Origin: Gemmatimonadota bacterium
GTDB taxonomy: Bacteria; Gemmatimonadota; Gemmatimonadetes; Gemmatimonadales; GWC2-71-9
DNA: 29,549 nt
Assembly (NCBI GenBank): GCA_039591655.1
Contig: JBDHDE010000032.1
Span: 1-29,549, forward strand
Direction of reading: 5' to 3'
Below the pieces are notes generated by a model, which saw only the letters and a program-made list of their open reading frames with translations, did not search any database and was not told the DNA's origin. Every line of letters starts with the position of its first letter. The first letter of the stretch is position 1. A program made the translations under genes and the position numbers. Positions 8,272-16,483 of this stretch are shown piece after piece.

Positions 8272-9033
8272 TCACTCCTCAGAAGCGGCCTTCGAACCGC
8301 CCACCGGGATGTCCAGCCCGACGAACAGCTGCCAGTTGCGGATCGCGTCACCCGTGTTCGACTTCACCGTGTTGGTGAGACCGTAGTAGAACTTAGCGTC
8401 GAGCCGCATACTGCGCATTTGCAGCTGAGGCTTGAACGAGTAGCTCAGACTGGCTACCAGCCCGGCGTCGAACGTGTTGAGCGAGTCCGTGCTGCTGGCA
8501 TTGAGACTCAGGCCGCCTCGCTCGACGTCGCTGACGAGCTCGTCGCTCGCCCCCGTCAGGATCCCCACCGATCCCCCGACCCCGACGTTGAAGCGTCCAG
8601 CCACGTACTTCAGCATCAGCGGCAGCGTAAGGTAGTTGGCCGAGCGGGTGACGGTGCCGGCCGCCCGAATCGAGTCGAGCGTGGGATCGCCCGTCGGTGA
8701 CGAGAATGGACTGCCGGGCGTCGTCACCGGCAGGCCGCTGGCCCCAGCCGGATTCTTGACGGTGATCTCGGGCTGCAGGTGCCAGTGCCGGCTCAGCCTG
8801 ATCTCGCCGTAGGCGCCGAAGGCCCAGCTGAAGCGCGGGCTGGCTTCCCCGGTGTTGGTGAGACTCGACCACACCAGGTCGGCATTGATCCCGAGCTGGA
8901 ACTTCTCGGTGGACAGCTTGTCTCCGAAGAGAATGACGAGCAGCGCCTGGGCGTTCGCAGTCTGCTGGAAGCCCAGCAGGAGCAGCGCAGTCAGGCAGAT
9001 CGCTCGGCCGCCTTTCCGTATACCCCTCTTCAT
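8272..9033 (-). CDS. Outer-membrane beta-barrel, porin/PorT-like family
   Basis: GGAGGG precedes ATG 9033; signal peptide ANA-Q; LQPEI, NYLTLPLMLKY, DAGLVASLSY and FYYGLTN motifs. Confidence 0.82.
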   Translation of the reverse strand: MKRGIRKGGRAICLTALLLLGFQQTANAQALLVILFGDKLSTEKFQLGINADLVWSSLTNTGEASPRFSWAFGAYGEIRLSRHWHLQPEITVKNPAGASGLPVTTPGSPFSSPTGDPTLDSIRAAGTVTRSANYLTLPLMLKYVAGRFNVGVGGSVGILTGASDELVSDVERGGLSLNASSTDSLNTFDAGLVASLSYSFKPQLQMRSMRLDAKFYYGLTNTVKSNTGDAIRNWQLFVGLDIPVGGSKAASEE

Positions 9034-9111
9034 TCGAGCACCCTCCGCATCACAAGGCCAATCATCGCGTCCCACAAGGCAGGACATCCGGAGCTATCCC
9101 CTTTCTCGACA

Positions 9112-9222
9112 TCACTGCGGCACCGGAATGTCCGTGCCGTACATGTCGTTGATCTCCGCGTAGACCACCTCGCGGATGTCCATGTGCACGACCCGGCCCC
9201 CGAGCGTCATCTCCGAGAATTG
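9112..9222 (-). pseudogene. 3'-end relic of a paralogous GntH-like MBL hydrolase gene
   Basis: Reads QFSEMTLGGRVVHMDIREVVYAEINDMYGTDIPVPQ*, aligning with the C-terminus of 5526..6803 (FVSEQVKAGNLDVSDIINALYERANRLWGTDLAPNQ*). Confidence 0.65.
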
Positions 9223-9269
9223 CGTGCGGAGTGCCGAGCAATCTCTCCGCCAGACGCTCCCCCCGCCGT

Positions 9270-9521
9270 CTATCGTTCACCGTCCAACAGCAGTCGGAGA
9301 TACGGTGAGAGCCCACGCAACTCCGTACCGGCCCTTCGAAGGGCGCAAAGCAACCCGATCCCCGCAGCGTCGGCGGACAGCACTTCTGCCAGATCCAACG
9401 TGAAGGGACCATCCATCCGATCGCATGCCTTCGCGAGCTCGTCGGCTGCGCTGCCGAGGAGGCGGCCGGCCACCAACACGACAGGTGTGGAGCCCTCGTC
9501 CGCGATTTCGATCCGTAGCAT
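9270..9521 (-). CDS. Stand-alone STAS domain protein (MlaB/STAS_2-like)
   Basis: 83 aa; LVAGRL...LDLAEVLSADAAGIGLL...LRGLSPYLRLLL matches the STAS pattern. Confidence 0.85.
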   Translation of the reverse strand: MLRIEIADEGSTPVVLVAGRLLGSAADELAKACDRMDGPFTLDLAEVLSADAAGIGLLCALRRAGTELRGLSPYLRLLLDGER

Positions 9522-9538
9522 CGCGGCCTGACCAACTG

Positions 9539-9553
9539 GCAAGCCGGGTGCCC
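9539..9553 (-). promoter_or_regulatory. Sigma54 (-24/-12) promoter
   Basis: GGGCAC-CCGGC-TTGC on the minus strand versus consensus TGGCAC-N5-TTGC, next to a sigma54 activator gene. Confidence 0.8.
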
Positions 9554-9582
9554 GCAGCTTGCGGAATCGCGGTGTGAAGGCT

Positions 9583-9608
9583 CAAGTAGTTGTATTACAG
9601 ACGCTTAA
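9583..9608 (-). promoter_or_regulatory. IHF-like binding site
   Basis: AT-rich patch with ATACAACTACTTG, near the WATCAANNNNTTR consensus, lying between promoter and enhancer. Confidence 0.5.
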
Positions 9609-9653
9609 GCGTAGTGCTCAGGGACCGGACCGGGACCAGCGGAGAGTCAGAGC

Positions 9654-9709
9654 GCCGAGATATCGGCATCCCTAGCCCATATTTCGGCTAATGATGTTGA
9701 CATTTCGGC
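9654..9709. promoter_or_regulatory. Three tandem palindromic upstream activator sequences
   Basis: GCCGAGATATCGGC (9654), GCCCATATTTCGGC (9675), GTTGACATTTCGGC (9696); exact 21-bp period. Confidence 0.75.
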
Positions 9710-9754
9710 ACTCCCGGGATACGCTCGCAGCCTCGGCGAGCGGCAGGGAGAATC

Positions 9755-11860
9755 ATGGCAGAGCTTCAACACGCCCGTAGCGACACGTCCGAAGCGCACG
9801 ACCTGGAAACACTGGTCGGGAAGCCAACAGGGAAGGCGCTGGCGGCAAGCCATGAACAGTTTCGCAGCTTCATGGACAACAACCCGGCTTGCGCCTACAT
9901 CAAAGACGCGAATCTACGACACATATATGCCAATAAGCTGCTCTTGGAGACCTTTGGGGTCTCTCCAGATGAGTTCATCGGAAGCACGAGCAGCGAGTTC
10001 CTGGGTGAGGAGATAGCTGGAGACGTAGAAGCCGCCGACAGAGCCATCTTGTCTGGCGAAGCCCGCGTCGCTGAAAGGGAAATCTGCGTTGACATAGAAG
10101 GAAAGCCTCGCTGGTTTCGCGATACCAAGTTTGTCCTGTTGGGTCTAGCTGGAGAGCGCAGGGTTGGTGGCATTGCCTTGGAAATCACGGAGCGCAAGCA
10201 GGCACAGCTAGATCTGGAAAGGCAGTCACGATTCGAGGCCGTTCTGTCCGACATCTCCGCGAGGTTTGTGAACGTCCCTCCGGATCAGATTGACGCCGCC
10301 ATCACCCATGCCCTGGAGCAGGTCGGCAATTGTCTGGAACTCGACCGCTGCAGCCTCGGTCACCTGACGCCCGATGGCAAGGAAGTACGGGTCACGCACG
10401 CGTGGAATCGTCAACTTTTCGAGGGTATCGCGCCCTCCTACCCCACCCCGGATTACACCTGGTTCCTGACCCCATTCCTCTCTGGCAAGGAGCTGCTGTG
10501 GTCCCGCAGCGAGGGTTTGCCCCCCGCTTCCGAGGCCGATGTCCGACTGATCGAGACCCTCGACATCCAGTGCTTCGCCGGCATTCCCGTGATGATCGCT
10601 GGCGAGGTGGCCGCCTGCGTCGCCTTCATCAACTGCACGGATGCCACTCCCTGGAATCCCAGGGTCGTCCACCGCCTCCGTTTGCTCGCGCAGGTCCTCG
10701 GCAGCGCCATCGAGCGACAGCGCCAGGAGCTCGAGTTGCGGCAGGCCTACTGCGAGATCCAGAAGCTCCAAGAGCACCTCGAAGCCGAGAACATCACCCT
10801 GAAGCAGCAAGTCAAGGCGTCCCTCGAGAACGAGGAGATCGTCGGCAAGAGCCTCGCGTTGCGGCAGGTGCTACTGCATGTCGAGCAAGTAGCGCCGACA
10901 GACTCAACCGTGCTCTTACTCGGCGAGACCGGGACCGGCAAGGAGCTGATCGCCCGCGCCATTCACGTCCGTAGCATGCGCAAAGATCATCCAATGATCA
11001 CAGTCAACTGTGCGGCGCTGCCGGGCTCTCTCATCGAGAGCGAGCTGTTCGGACACGAACAGGGCGCGTTCACCGGTGCGGTGAAGCGCAAGATCGGTCG
11101 CTTTGAGGTGGCGGACGGGGGTACGATCCTGCTCGACGAGATAGGGGAACTCGTGCCCGCAGTGCAGGTGAAGCTGCTGCGAGTTCTCCAGGACGGTGAG
11201 TTCGAGAGACTCGGATCATCGGAGACCAGGACCGTTGATGTGCGCATCATCGCGGCCACGAACCGAGACCTCGTCGCGATGGTCGATCAAGGCGAGTTTC
11301 GAGACGATCTGTACTACCGTCTCGGAGTGTTCCCCATCCACGTACCACCGCTGCGAGAGCGACGTGCGGATATTCCGCTGCTAGTCTGGTATTTCGCCAG
11401 CGTCCTGCAGGCTCGATTGGGAAAGACGATAAAGACTATTGCGCCTCGCACGATGGAAGCGTTGTGCGCCAACGACTGGCCGGGAAACGTGCGCGAGCTC
11501 CAGAACGTCGTCGAACGCGCCATGATACTCTCGCGGGGCGAGAGCCTCGAGCTGGGTACCATCTTGGCCGGGCGGCACAGCAGGGAGAGAGCGACGGCGA
11601 CAAGAACGAAGGGCGAAGCCATAAGACTCGAGGATGCCGAACGCGCACACATATTGGCGGCGCTCGAAACCTGCGACTGGCGGGTCGGCGGGCGGAATGG
11701 CGCCGCCCAGAGGCTTGGTCTCAAGCGGTCGACCCTGCAGTCGCGCATGAAGAAGCTCGGGATCAAGCGGCCCACGCCCAGGGGCTCCGTGCCCGGGCAA
11801 ACCCCAGCACCCGCGTCCCAACCCAACCCGCTGCGAAACCCGCACCCGCCTGGGCCGTAG
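9755..11860 (+). CDS. Sigma54-dependent transcriptional activator, FhlA-type (PAS-GAF-AAA+-HTH)
   Basis: [41 protein letters not shown] and C-terminal [14 protein letters not shown]-terminal PAS and GAF-like regions; GGGAG precedes ATG. Confidence 0.95.
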   Translation: MAELQHARSDTSEAHDLETLVGKPTGKALAASHEQFRSFMDNNPACAYIKDANLRHIYANKLLLETFGVSPDEFIGSTSSEFLGEEIAGDVEAADRAILSGEARVAEREICVDIEGKPRWFRDTKFVLLGLAGERRVGGIALEITERKQAQLDLERQSRFEAVLSDISARFVNVPPDQIDAAITHALEQVGNCLELDRCSLGHLTPDGKEVRVTHAWNRQLFEGIAPSYPTPDYTWFLTPFLSGKELLWSRSEGLPPASEADVRLIETLDIQCFAGIPVMIAGEVAACVAFINCTDATPWNPRVVHRLRLLAQVLGSAIERQRQELELRQAYCEIQKLQEHLEAENITLKQQVKASLENEEIVGKSLALRQVLLHVEQVAPTDSTVLLLGETGTGKELIARAIHVRSMRKDHPMITVNCAALPGSLIESELFGHEQGAFTGAVKRKIGRFEVADGGTILLDEIGELVPAVQVKLLRVLQDGEFERLGSSETRTVDVRIIAATNRDLVAMVDQGEFRDDLYYRLGVFPIHVPPLRERRADIPLLVWYFASVLQARLGKTIKTIAPRTMEALCANDWPGNVRELQNVVERAMILSRGESLELGTILAGRHSRERATATRTKGEAIRLEDAERAHILAALETCDWRVGGRNGAAQRLGLKRSTLQSRMKKLGIKRPTPRGSVPGQTPAPASQPNPLRNPHPPGP

Positions 11861-11901
11861 TGACAGATGACACGCTGGTCGTCCCAGGGAGGGTGTTTCA
11901 T

Positions 11902-12237
11902 ATGACAACGCGTCACGAGAACATCTGGAGCGCCATGGGCTGGATGATCGGCCTGTCCATCCTGCTCTTCTGGCTTCCCCTACTGGGTGGGCTCATCGCT
12001 GGGTTCGTGGGGGGACGGAAGGCGGGAAGTGTCGGGTCGGCCGCCGTGGCGGTATTCCTCCCGGGGATCATCTTCCTGGTCATCTCGGCGGTAGTCGGCG
12101 CCTTGCTGGGCTGGATTCCTATCATCGGCCAGCTCTGGGCGGCCGTGGCGGGAATCGGCGCCTGGGCGCTCTCGTTCATGCACGTGATCCCACTGGTCGT
12201 CGGGGCGGTGATCGGCGGGGCGACCGCGCGGCGCTGA
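11902..12237 (+). CDS. Small Gly-rich integral membrane protein
   Basis: GGGAGG precedes ATG 11902; 111 aa, almost entirely hydrophobic (LFWLPLLGGLIAGFVGG). Confidence 0.8.
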   Translation: MTTRHENIWSAMGWMIGLSILLFWLPLLGGLIAGFVGGRKAGSVGSAAVAVFLPGIIFLVISAVVGALLGWIPIIGQLWAAVAGIGAWALSFMHVIPLVVGAVIGGATARR

Positions 12238-12254
12238 CTGCTTCACGCTGAAGC

Positions 12255-12290
12255 AGGGCCCGGCTCGGCACTGTCGCCGAACCGGGCCTT
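12255..12290. terminator. Hairpin between convergent genes
   Basis: GGCCCGGcTCGGC-N6-GCCGAaCCGGGCC inverted repeat. Confidence 0.6.
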
Positions 12291-12321
12291 CCCTGCGGTT
12301 GGGCCGCCCCTGATGGGAGGC

Positions 12322-13893
12322 TCAGTCCCCGAACGTGATCCCCTGCGCCAACGGCAGCTCGGTGCTCCAGTTCACCGTGTTGGTTTGCCGCCGCATGTAG
12401 GCCTTCCAGGCGTCTGAGCCCGACTCCCGCCCGCCGCCGGTCTCCTTCTCACCGCCGAACGCGCCGCCGATCTCGGCGCCGCTGGTGCCGATGTTCACAT
12501 TGGCGATGCCGCAATCGGATCCGCGGTGCGACAGGAAGTACTCCGCCTCGCGCACGCTGTCGGTGAAGATGGCCGACGAAAGGCCCTGGGGCACGCCATT
12601 GTGCAGCGCCACGGCCTGCTCGATCTCACCCACCGCCTCCTTGGGCTTGGACTTCTTGTTGCCGTACCCGATGATGTAGAGGATCGGCGCGAACGTCTCC
12701 TCCTGCACGATGTCGTACTCGTTCTTCGCCTGGGCGATGCAGGGCTTCACGTAGTGCCCGCCCGGGTAATCGGGCCCCTCCAGCGGCGCGCCGCCGTACA
12801 GGATCTTCCCGCCCTCCTCCTGGACGCGCTCGATCGCGTTCTGCAGGTCCTGCACCGCATCTCTTGTGACCAGGGGACCCATCAGCGTCCCGGACTCCAG
12901 CGGGTCACCAATCCTGATCCCCTCATACGCCCCCACCAGGCGCCGCACGAACTCGTCCTTGATGGACTCGTGCACGATGATGCGCCTGGTCGAAGTGCAG
13001 CGCTGTCCCGCGGTGCCCACCGCGCCGAACAGGGTGGCCCGCAACGCCATGTCGAGGTTGGCCGACGGCGTCACGATGATGGCGTTGTTGCCCCCCAGCT
13101 CGAGAATAGTGCGGCCCAGCCGCTTCCCCACCACCTGCGCCACCCGGTAGCCCATCGTGCAGCTCCCGGTTGCCGAGACCAGCGGGATGCGCGTGTCGTG
13201 CAGGAGGCGGTCGCCCACCGTGGATCCCTTTCCGATGGTGAGCGAGAAGATCGCCGGGTCTACGTCGTTCTCCTGGCACACTTGTTGGGCGATCTTGGTG
13301 CAGGCGATGGCCGTGAGCGGTGTCTGGCTCGACGGCTTCCATACCACGCTGTCGCCGCAGACGGCTGCGATGGCGGTGTTCCAACTCCATACCGCCACGG
13401 GGAAGTTGAACGCGCTGATCACGCCCACCACGCCCAGCGGGTGCCACTGCTCGAACATGCGGTGGTCAGGCCGCTCGGACTGCATCGTGAGCCCGTAGAG
13501 CTGGCGCGAGAGTCCCACGGCGAAGTCGCAGATGTCGATCATCTCCTGGACCTCGCCCTCGCCCTCGGCGAGGATCTTCGCCATCTCCAGCGTCACGAGC
13601 TGGCCCAGCTCGTGCTTGTACTCCCGCAGTCTGAGCCCGAGCAACCGGATGATCTCTCCGCGGCGGGGGGCCGGTACCTTGCGCCACTCCAGGAACGCCG
13701 CGTGGGCCCGGGCCACGATCTGGTCGTACTCCTGCTCCGTAACCTGCTTGACGGTGGCGATGCGTGAGCCGTCGATCGGAGTGATCACCTCCAGATCCGG
13801 TCCCGATCCGATCCACTCACCGCCGAATCCGCCGGGATTCGTATCCTGGATGCCCAGTTTCTTGAGAAAGTCGTGCGCGACTGCTGTTGTCAT
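12322..13893 (-). CDS. amaB: Aldehyde dehydrogenase family 7 (piperideine-6-carboxylate/aminoadipate-semialdehyde dehydrogenase-like)
   Basis: EGEGEVQEMIDICDFAVGLSRQLYG, SAFNFPVAVWSWN, LELGGNN, AGQRCT, GGEKETGGGRESGSDAWK, LPLAQGI. Confidence 0.9.
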   Translation of the reverse strand: MTTAVAHDFLKKLGIQDTNPGGFGGEWIGSGPDLEVITPIDGSRIATVKQVTEQEYDQIVARAHAAFLEWRKVPAPRRGEIIRLLGLRLREYKHELGQLVTLEMAKILAEGEGEVQEMIDICDFAVGLSRQLYGLTMQSERPDHRMFEQWHPLGVVGVISAFNFPVAVWSWNTAIAAVCGDSVVWKPSSQTPLTAIACTKIAQQVCQENDVDPAIFSLTIGKGSTVGDRLLHDTRIPLVSATGSCTMGYRVAQVVGKRLGRTILELGGNNAIIVTPSANLDMALRATLFGAVGTAGQRCTSTRRIIVHESIKDEFVRRLVGAYEGIRIGDPLESGTLMGPLVTRDAVQDLQNAIERVQEEGGKILYGGAPLEGPDYPGGHYVKPCIAQAKNEYDIVQEETFAPILYIIGYGNKKSKPKEAVGEIEQAVALHNGVPQGLSSAIFTDSVREAEYFLSHRGSDCGIANVNIGTSGAEIGGAFGGEKETGGGRESGSDAWKAYMRRQTNTVNWSTELPLAQGITFGD

Positions 13894-13976
13894 GGATGTA
13901 CCCTACCGTCGTTGCTGAAGAATCCGCCCGTCCCTGGCGCGGCGGGGAGGGCCCGCCGCCACCCTCACGTGCAGGG

Positions 13977-14006
13977 ATTTTACCCAATCGGCGGTTTAGT
14001 GGCCAA
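13977..14006 (-). promoter_or_regulatory. Sigma70-type promoter for the ALDH gene
   Basis: TTGGCC-N18-TAAAAT on the minus strand. Confidence 0.55.
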
Positions 14007-14070
14007 CGCCCCCCCGCCACGCGGGGACGCCGCGCTTCCGGCCATTCGGGATCGCTGCACGTGCAGGCGG

Positions 14071-14135
14071 GGGCACCAAGAGCACAACGGCCGGTCTCGC
14101 AACCGGCCGTTGCCGTCTCCGCAACGGTGGTGCCC
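14071..14135. repeat. Branched palindromic element (terminator or REP-like)
   Basis: Outer stem GGGCACCA/TGGTGCCC enclosing the perfect 11-bp stem CAACGGCCGGT/ACCGGCCGTTG and a small CCGT/ACGG hairpin, just after the S46 stop. Confidence 0.6.
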
Positions 14136-14142
14136 TGCCCGA

Positions 14143-16341
14143 CTACCGCCGCGCCCCGTCCGCCTCCGCCTCCGTTCGGAACAGGACGCCGGTCTCCAGC
14201 TCCCGCACGATCCGGTCGGCGTCGTAAACGACGTCCAGCGCCGCCCGGATGGCCCGCACATCCACCATCACGTTGCGGCCCCGCTCGGGCAGGTAGATGA
14301 AGTCGCGCGATAGCCCCTCGATGTTGCGATCGAAGTTGAGGCCCACCAGCTCGAGCTCAGGCGTGACCGCCGGAGACCCGGAGTTGCCGCCGTAGCTGTC
14401 GGTTGTGGAGCAGAAGTTCAGCGGCGTGGCGAGATCCAACCCCTCCGGCGGGGTCTGCCAGCGCTCCGGCAGATCCCACTCGCTGCCCGGCCCATGCGAG
14501 CGGTACCGGTCGTACAGGCCGTAGAACGTCGTGTACGGCGGCGCCAGAGTGCCGTTGTACTCGTAGCCCTGCACGACGCCGTCGGCGATGCGCGGCGAGA
14601 ACGTGCCGTCGGGTGGGATCGTACGGCCGTAGACCTCGAAGCGCACCCGGCCCAGGCCGCTCTCCAACCGGTCCTCCTCGCGGTTGAGCGGCCCGGACGT
14701 TCCGCGAAACTCCCCCAGCACGGGCATGAACGCAGCGGCGAGCCTGACAGCCGGGTCGCCCATCGTGAGACTGCCGCTGGCCACGGCCTCTGCTGTGCGG
14801 GCCGAGTCTTCCAGCACCGACTGCTCCCGCAGCACGGTGGCGGCCCGCGCCGGGCTGTGGCCCCCGAGCGCCGTCCGGGTGATCTCGTGATCGGGACCGA
14901 GGAAGCGCTCGAAGTCCTCGAACCGCAGGGTGAGGGTCCCGGCCTCCATTAGCGCATGGGGATCACCGATGGCCAGGATCCGTCCCCTCAGGCTATCCAG
15001 CCTTGCGGCGGGCGCCCCCTCGGCTTGCGCCTCCAGGTAGTCGTGGGCTGCCATGGCGCGGCGCAGCGTGGCGGATCCGAATCTGCGGTTCCCGATGGCA
15101 AAGAAGGCTCCGGAGTATGCTGCCATTTCCCTCTTCCCGCGCTGGATCTCGGCAAACCGGTCGAACAGCGCTCCGTAGCGAGCCCGCAGCTCGGCATCGC
15201 CGCGGATCTCCGCGACGAGCTGCCGCTCGGCGTCGGCCTTCCTGGCCATGATCATCGGATCCTCGAGCGCGGTGAGCCGCCCCGTGGACGCCTTCAGCGA
15301 GTTGGACAGGCCGAACATCAAGTTGCGCAGATTCATGGACTCAGCCAGCTCCGTCTCGGCCTCGTAGAACATCCGCAGCCCCTCGAGCCGCGTCTCCAAG
15401 AAGTGCTTCAGCACCGGGACCGCGACGTCGCGCTGGTACTCGAGCTGGCTCACGGTGCGCAGCCGGTTGGTCGATCCGGGGTTGCCGATGATGAAGATGG
15501 GGTCGCCCGGCTCCACTCCCTGCTCGGGCCACTTGAGGTAGTGCTGCGGCCGGTGGGGGTTGCCGTCGGCGTCGTAGATCCGCAGGAAGGCGAAGTCCAG
15601 GTCGTAACGCGGGTAGGTGAAGTTGTCGGCATCACCGCCGAAGAAGCCCATCTGGAGCTCGGCCGCCACCACGAGGCGCACGTCGGTATAGCGCTTGAAA
15701 ACGTAGGCCGAGTAGCGCCCGCCGTGATACAATCCAATCATCTGGACCCACACCGAGTCACCCACCCCGGCGTGCTCGCCCAGCAACCGCGCCTCGATGG
15801 CCTCCAACGTCTGTCCCCGCACCTCCTCCCGCTCCTCGTCGGTGGCGACCTGGTCGGTGGCGGCAAACACCTCGTGGCTCACGTCATAGATGGCGATGAG
15901 CTGATCGGCGTAGTAGTTGGGGATGGGGCGTTCCTGGTTCAGGTCCTTTGCTACGAACCCGTCATCCAGCAGGCTCTCGCCCTCCTCGGTCACCCGCACG
16001 ATTGCTCCGCGGACGCAGTGGTGGTTCGTGGCCACCAAGCCGTCGGGCGACACGAATGATGCCGAACACCCCGGGATCCTGAGCACCGACAAACGGGCCC
16101 GCTCGAACCACGCGTCGTTGGCGTCGAACCCGTATGTCTCGCTGAAGTACTCGTTGGGGGCGTACTCGAAGGTCCACATCTTCCCGAAGTCGAACCGCCC
16201 CGCCCGCACGGTGTCGAGATCGACGCCGGCGACCTGGCCGTGGGCCGGGATGACCGTCAGCACCAGCAGCGCCGCGGCCGCCGGGACGAGGCCTCCAAGC
16301 CTGCGACTAGCGCTCAATACAACATCAGTGATGGTCGACAT
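14143..16341 (-). CDS. S46 family dipeptidyl peptidase, DPP11-type signature
   Basis: GKMWT, CSASFVSPDGLVATNHHC, YPRYDLDFAFLRIY, GGNSGSP, LNFDRN; signal peptide. Alternative start at 16365. Confidence 0.92.
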   Translation of the reverse strand: MSTITDVVLSASRRLGGLVPAAAALLVLTVIPAHGQVAGVDLDTVRAGRFDFGKMWTFEYAPNEYFSETYGFDANDAWFERARLSVLRIPGCSASFVSPDGLVATNHHCVRGAIVRVTEEGESLLDDGFVAKDLNQERPIPNYYADQLIAIYDVSHEVFAATDQVATDEEREEVRGQTLEAIEARLLGEHAGVGDSVWVQMIGLYHGGRYSAYVFKRYTDVRLVVAAELQMGFFGGDADNFTYPRYDLDFAFLRIYDADGNPHRPQHYLKWPEQGVEPGDPIFIIGNPGSTNRLRTVSQLEYQRDVAVPVLKHFLETRLEGLRMFYEAETELAESMNLRNLMFGLSNSLKASTGRLTALEDPMIMARKADAERQLVAEIRGDAELRARYGALFDRFAEIQRGKREMAAYSGAFFAIGNRRFGSATLRRAMAAHDYLEAQAEGAPAARLDSLRGRILAIGDPHALMEAGTLTLRFEDFERFLGPDHEITRTALGGHSPARAATVLREQSVLEDSARTAEAVASGSLTMGDPAVRLAAAFMPVLGEFRGTSGPLNREEDRLESGLGRVRFEVYGRTIPPDGTFSPRIADGVVQGYEYNGTLAPPYTTFYGLYDRYRSHGPGSEWDLPERWQTPPEGLDLATPLNFCSTTDSYGGNSGSPAVTPELELVGLNFDRNIEGLSRDFIYLPERGRNVMVDVRAIRAALDVVYDADRIVRELETGVLFRTEAEADGARR

Positions 16342-16483
16342 GCCTCTGTCTCCCTTGGCAATCATGGGAATGCGTTGTTGGATTGCAGCGTGCTAAAGAT
16401 ACCCCGGGGGACCACCTGCAGGCGGCCTCTGTACCACGACGGGGAACGCGCTCGGGAAGTTTCCGGGTCTCTCCGGCCGGCCC

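Noticed and set aside
9062..9585. Alternative ORFs 9062..9535, 9277..9585 and 8779..9531
   Set aside because: They overlap the STAS gene and promoter in other frames and look non-coding.
11464..11901. N-terminal extension of the small membrane protein ORF
   Set aside because: Overlaps the activator; a good SD precedes ATG 11902.
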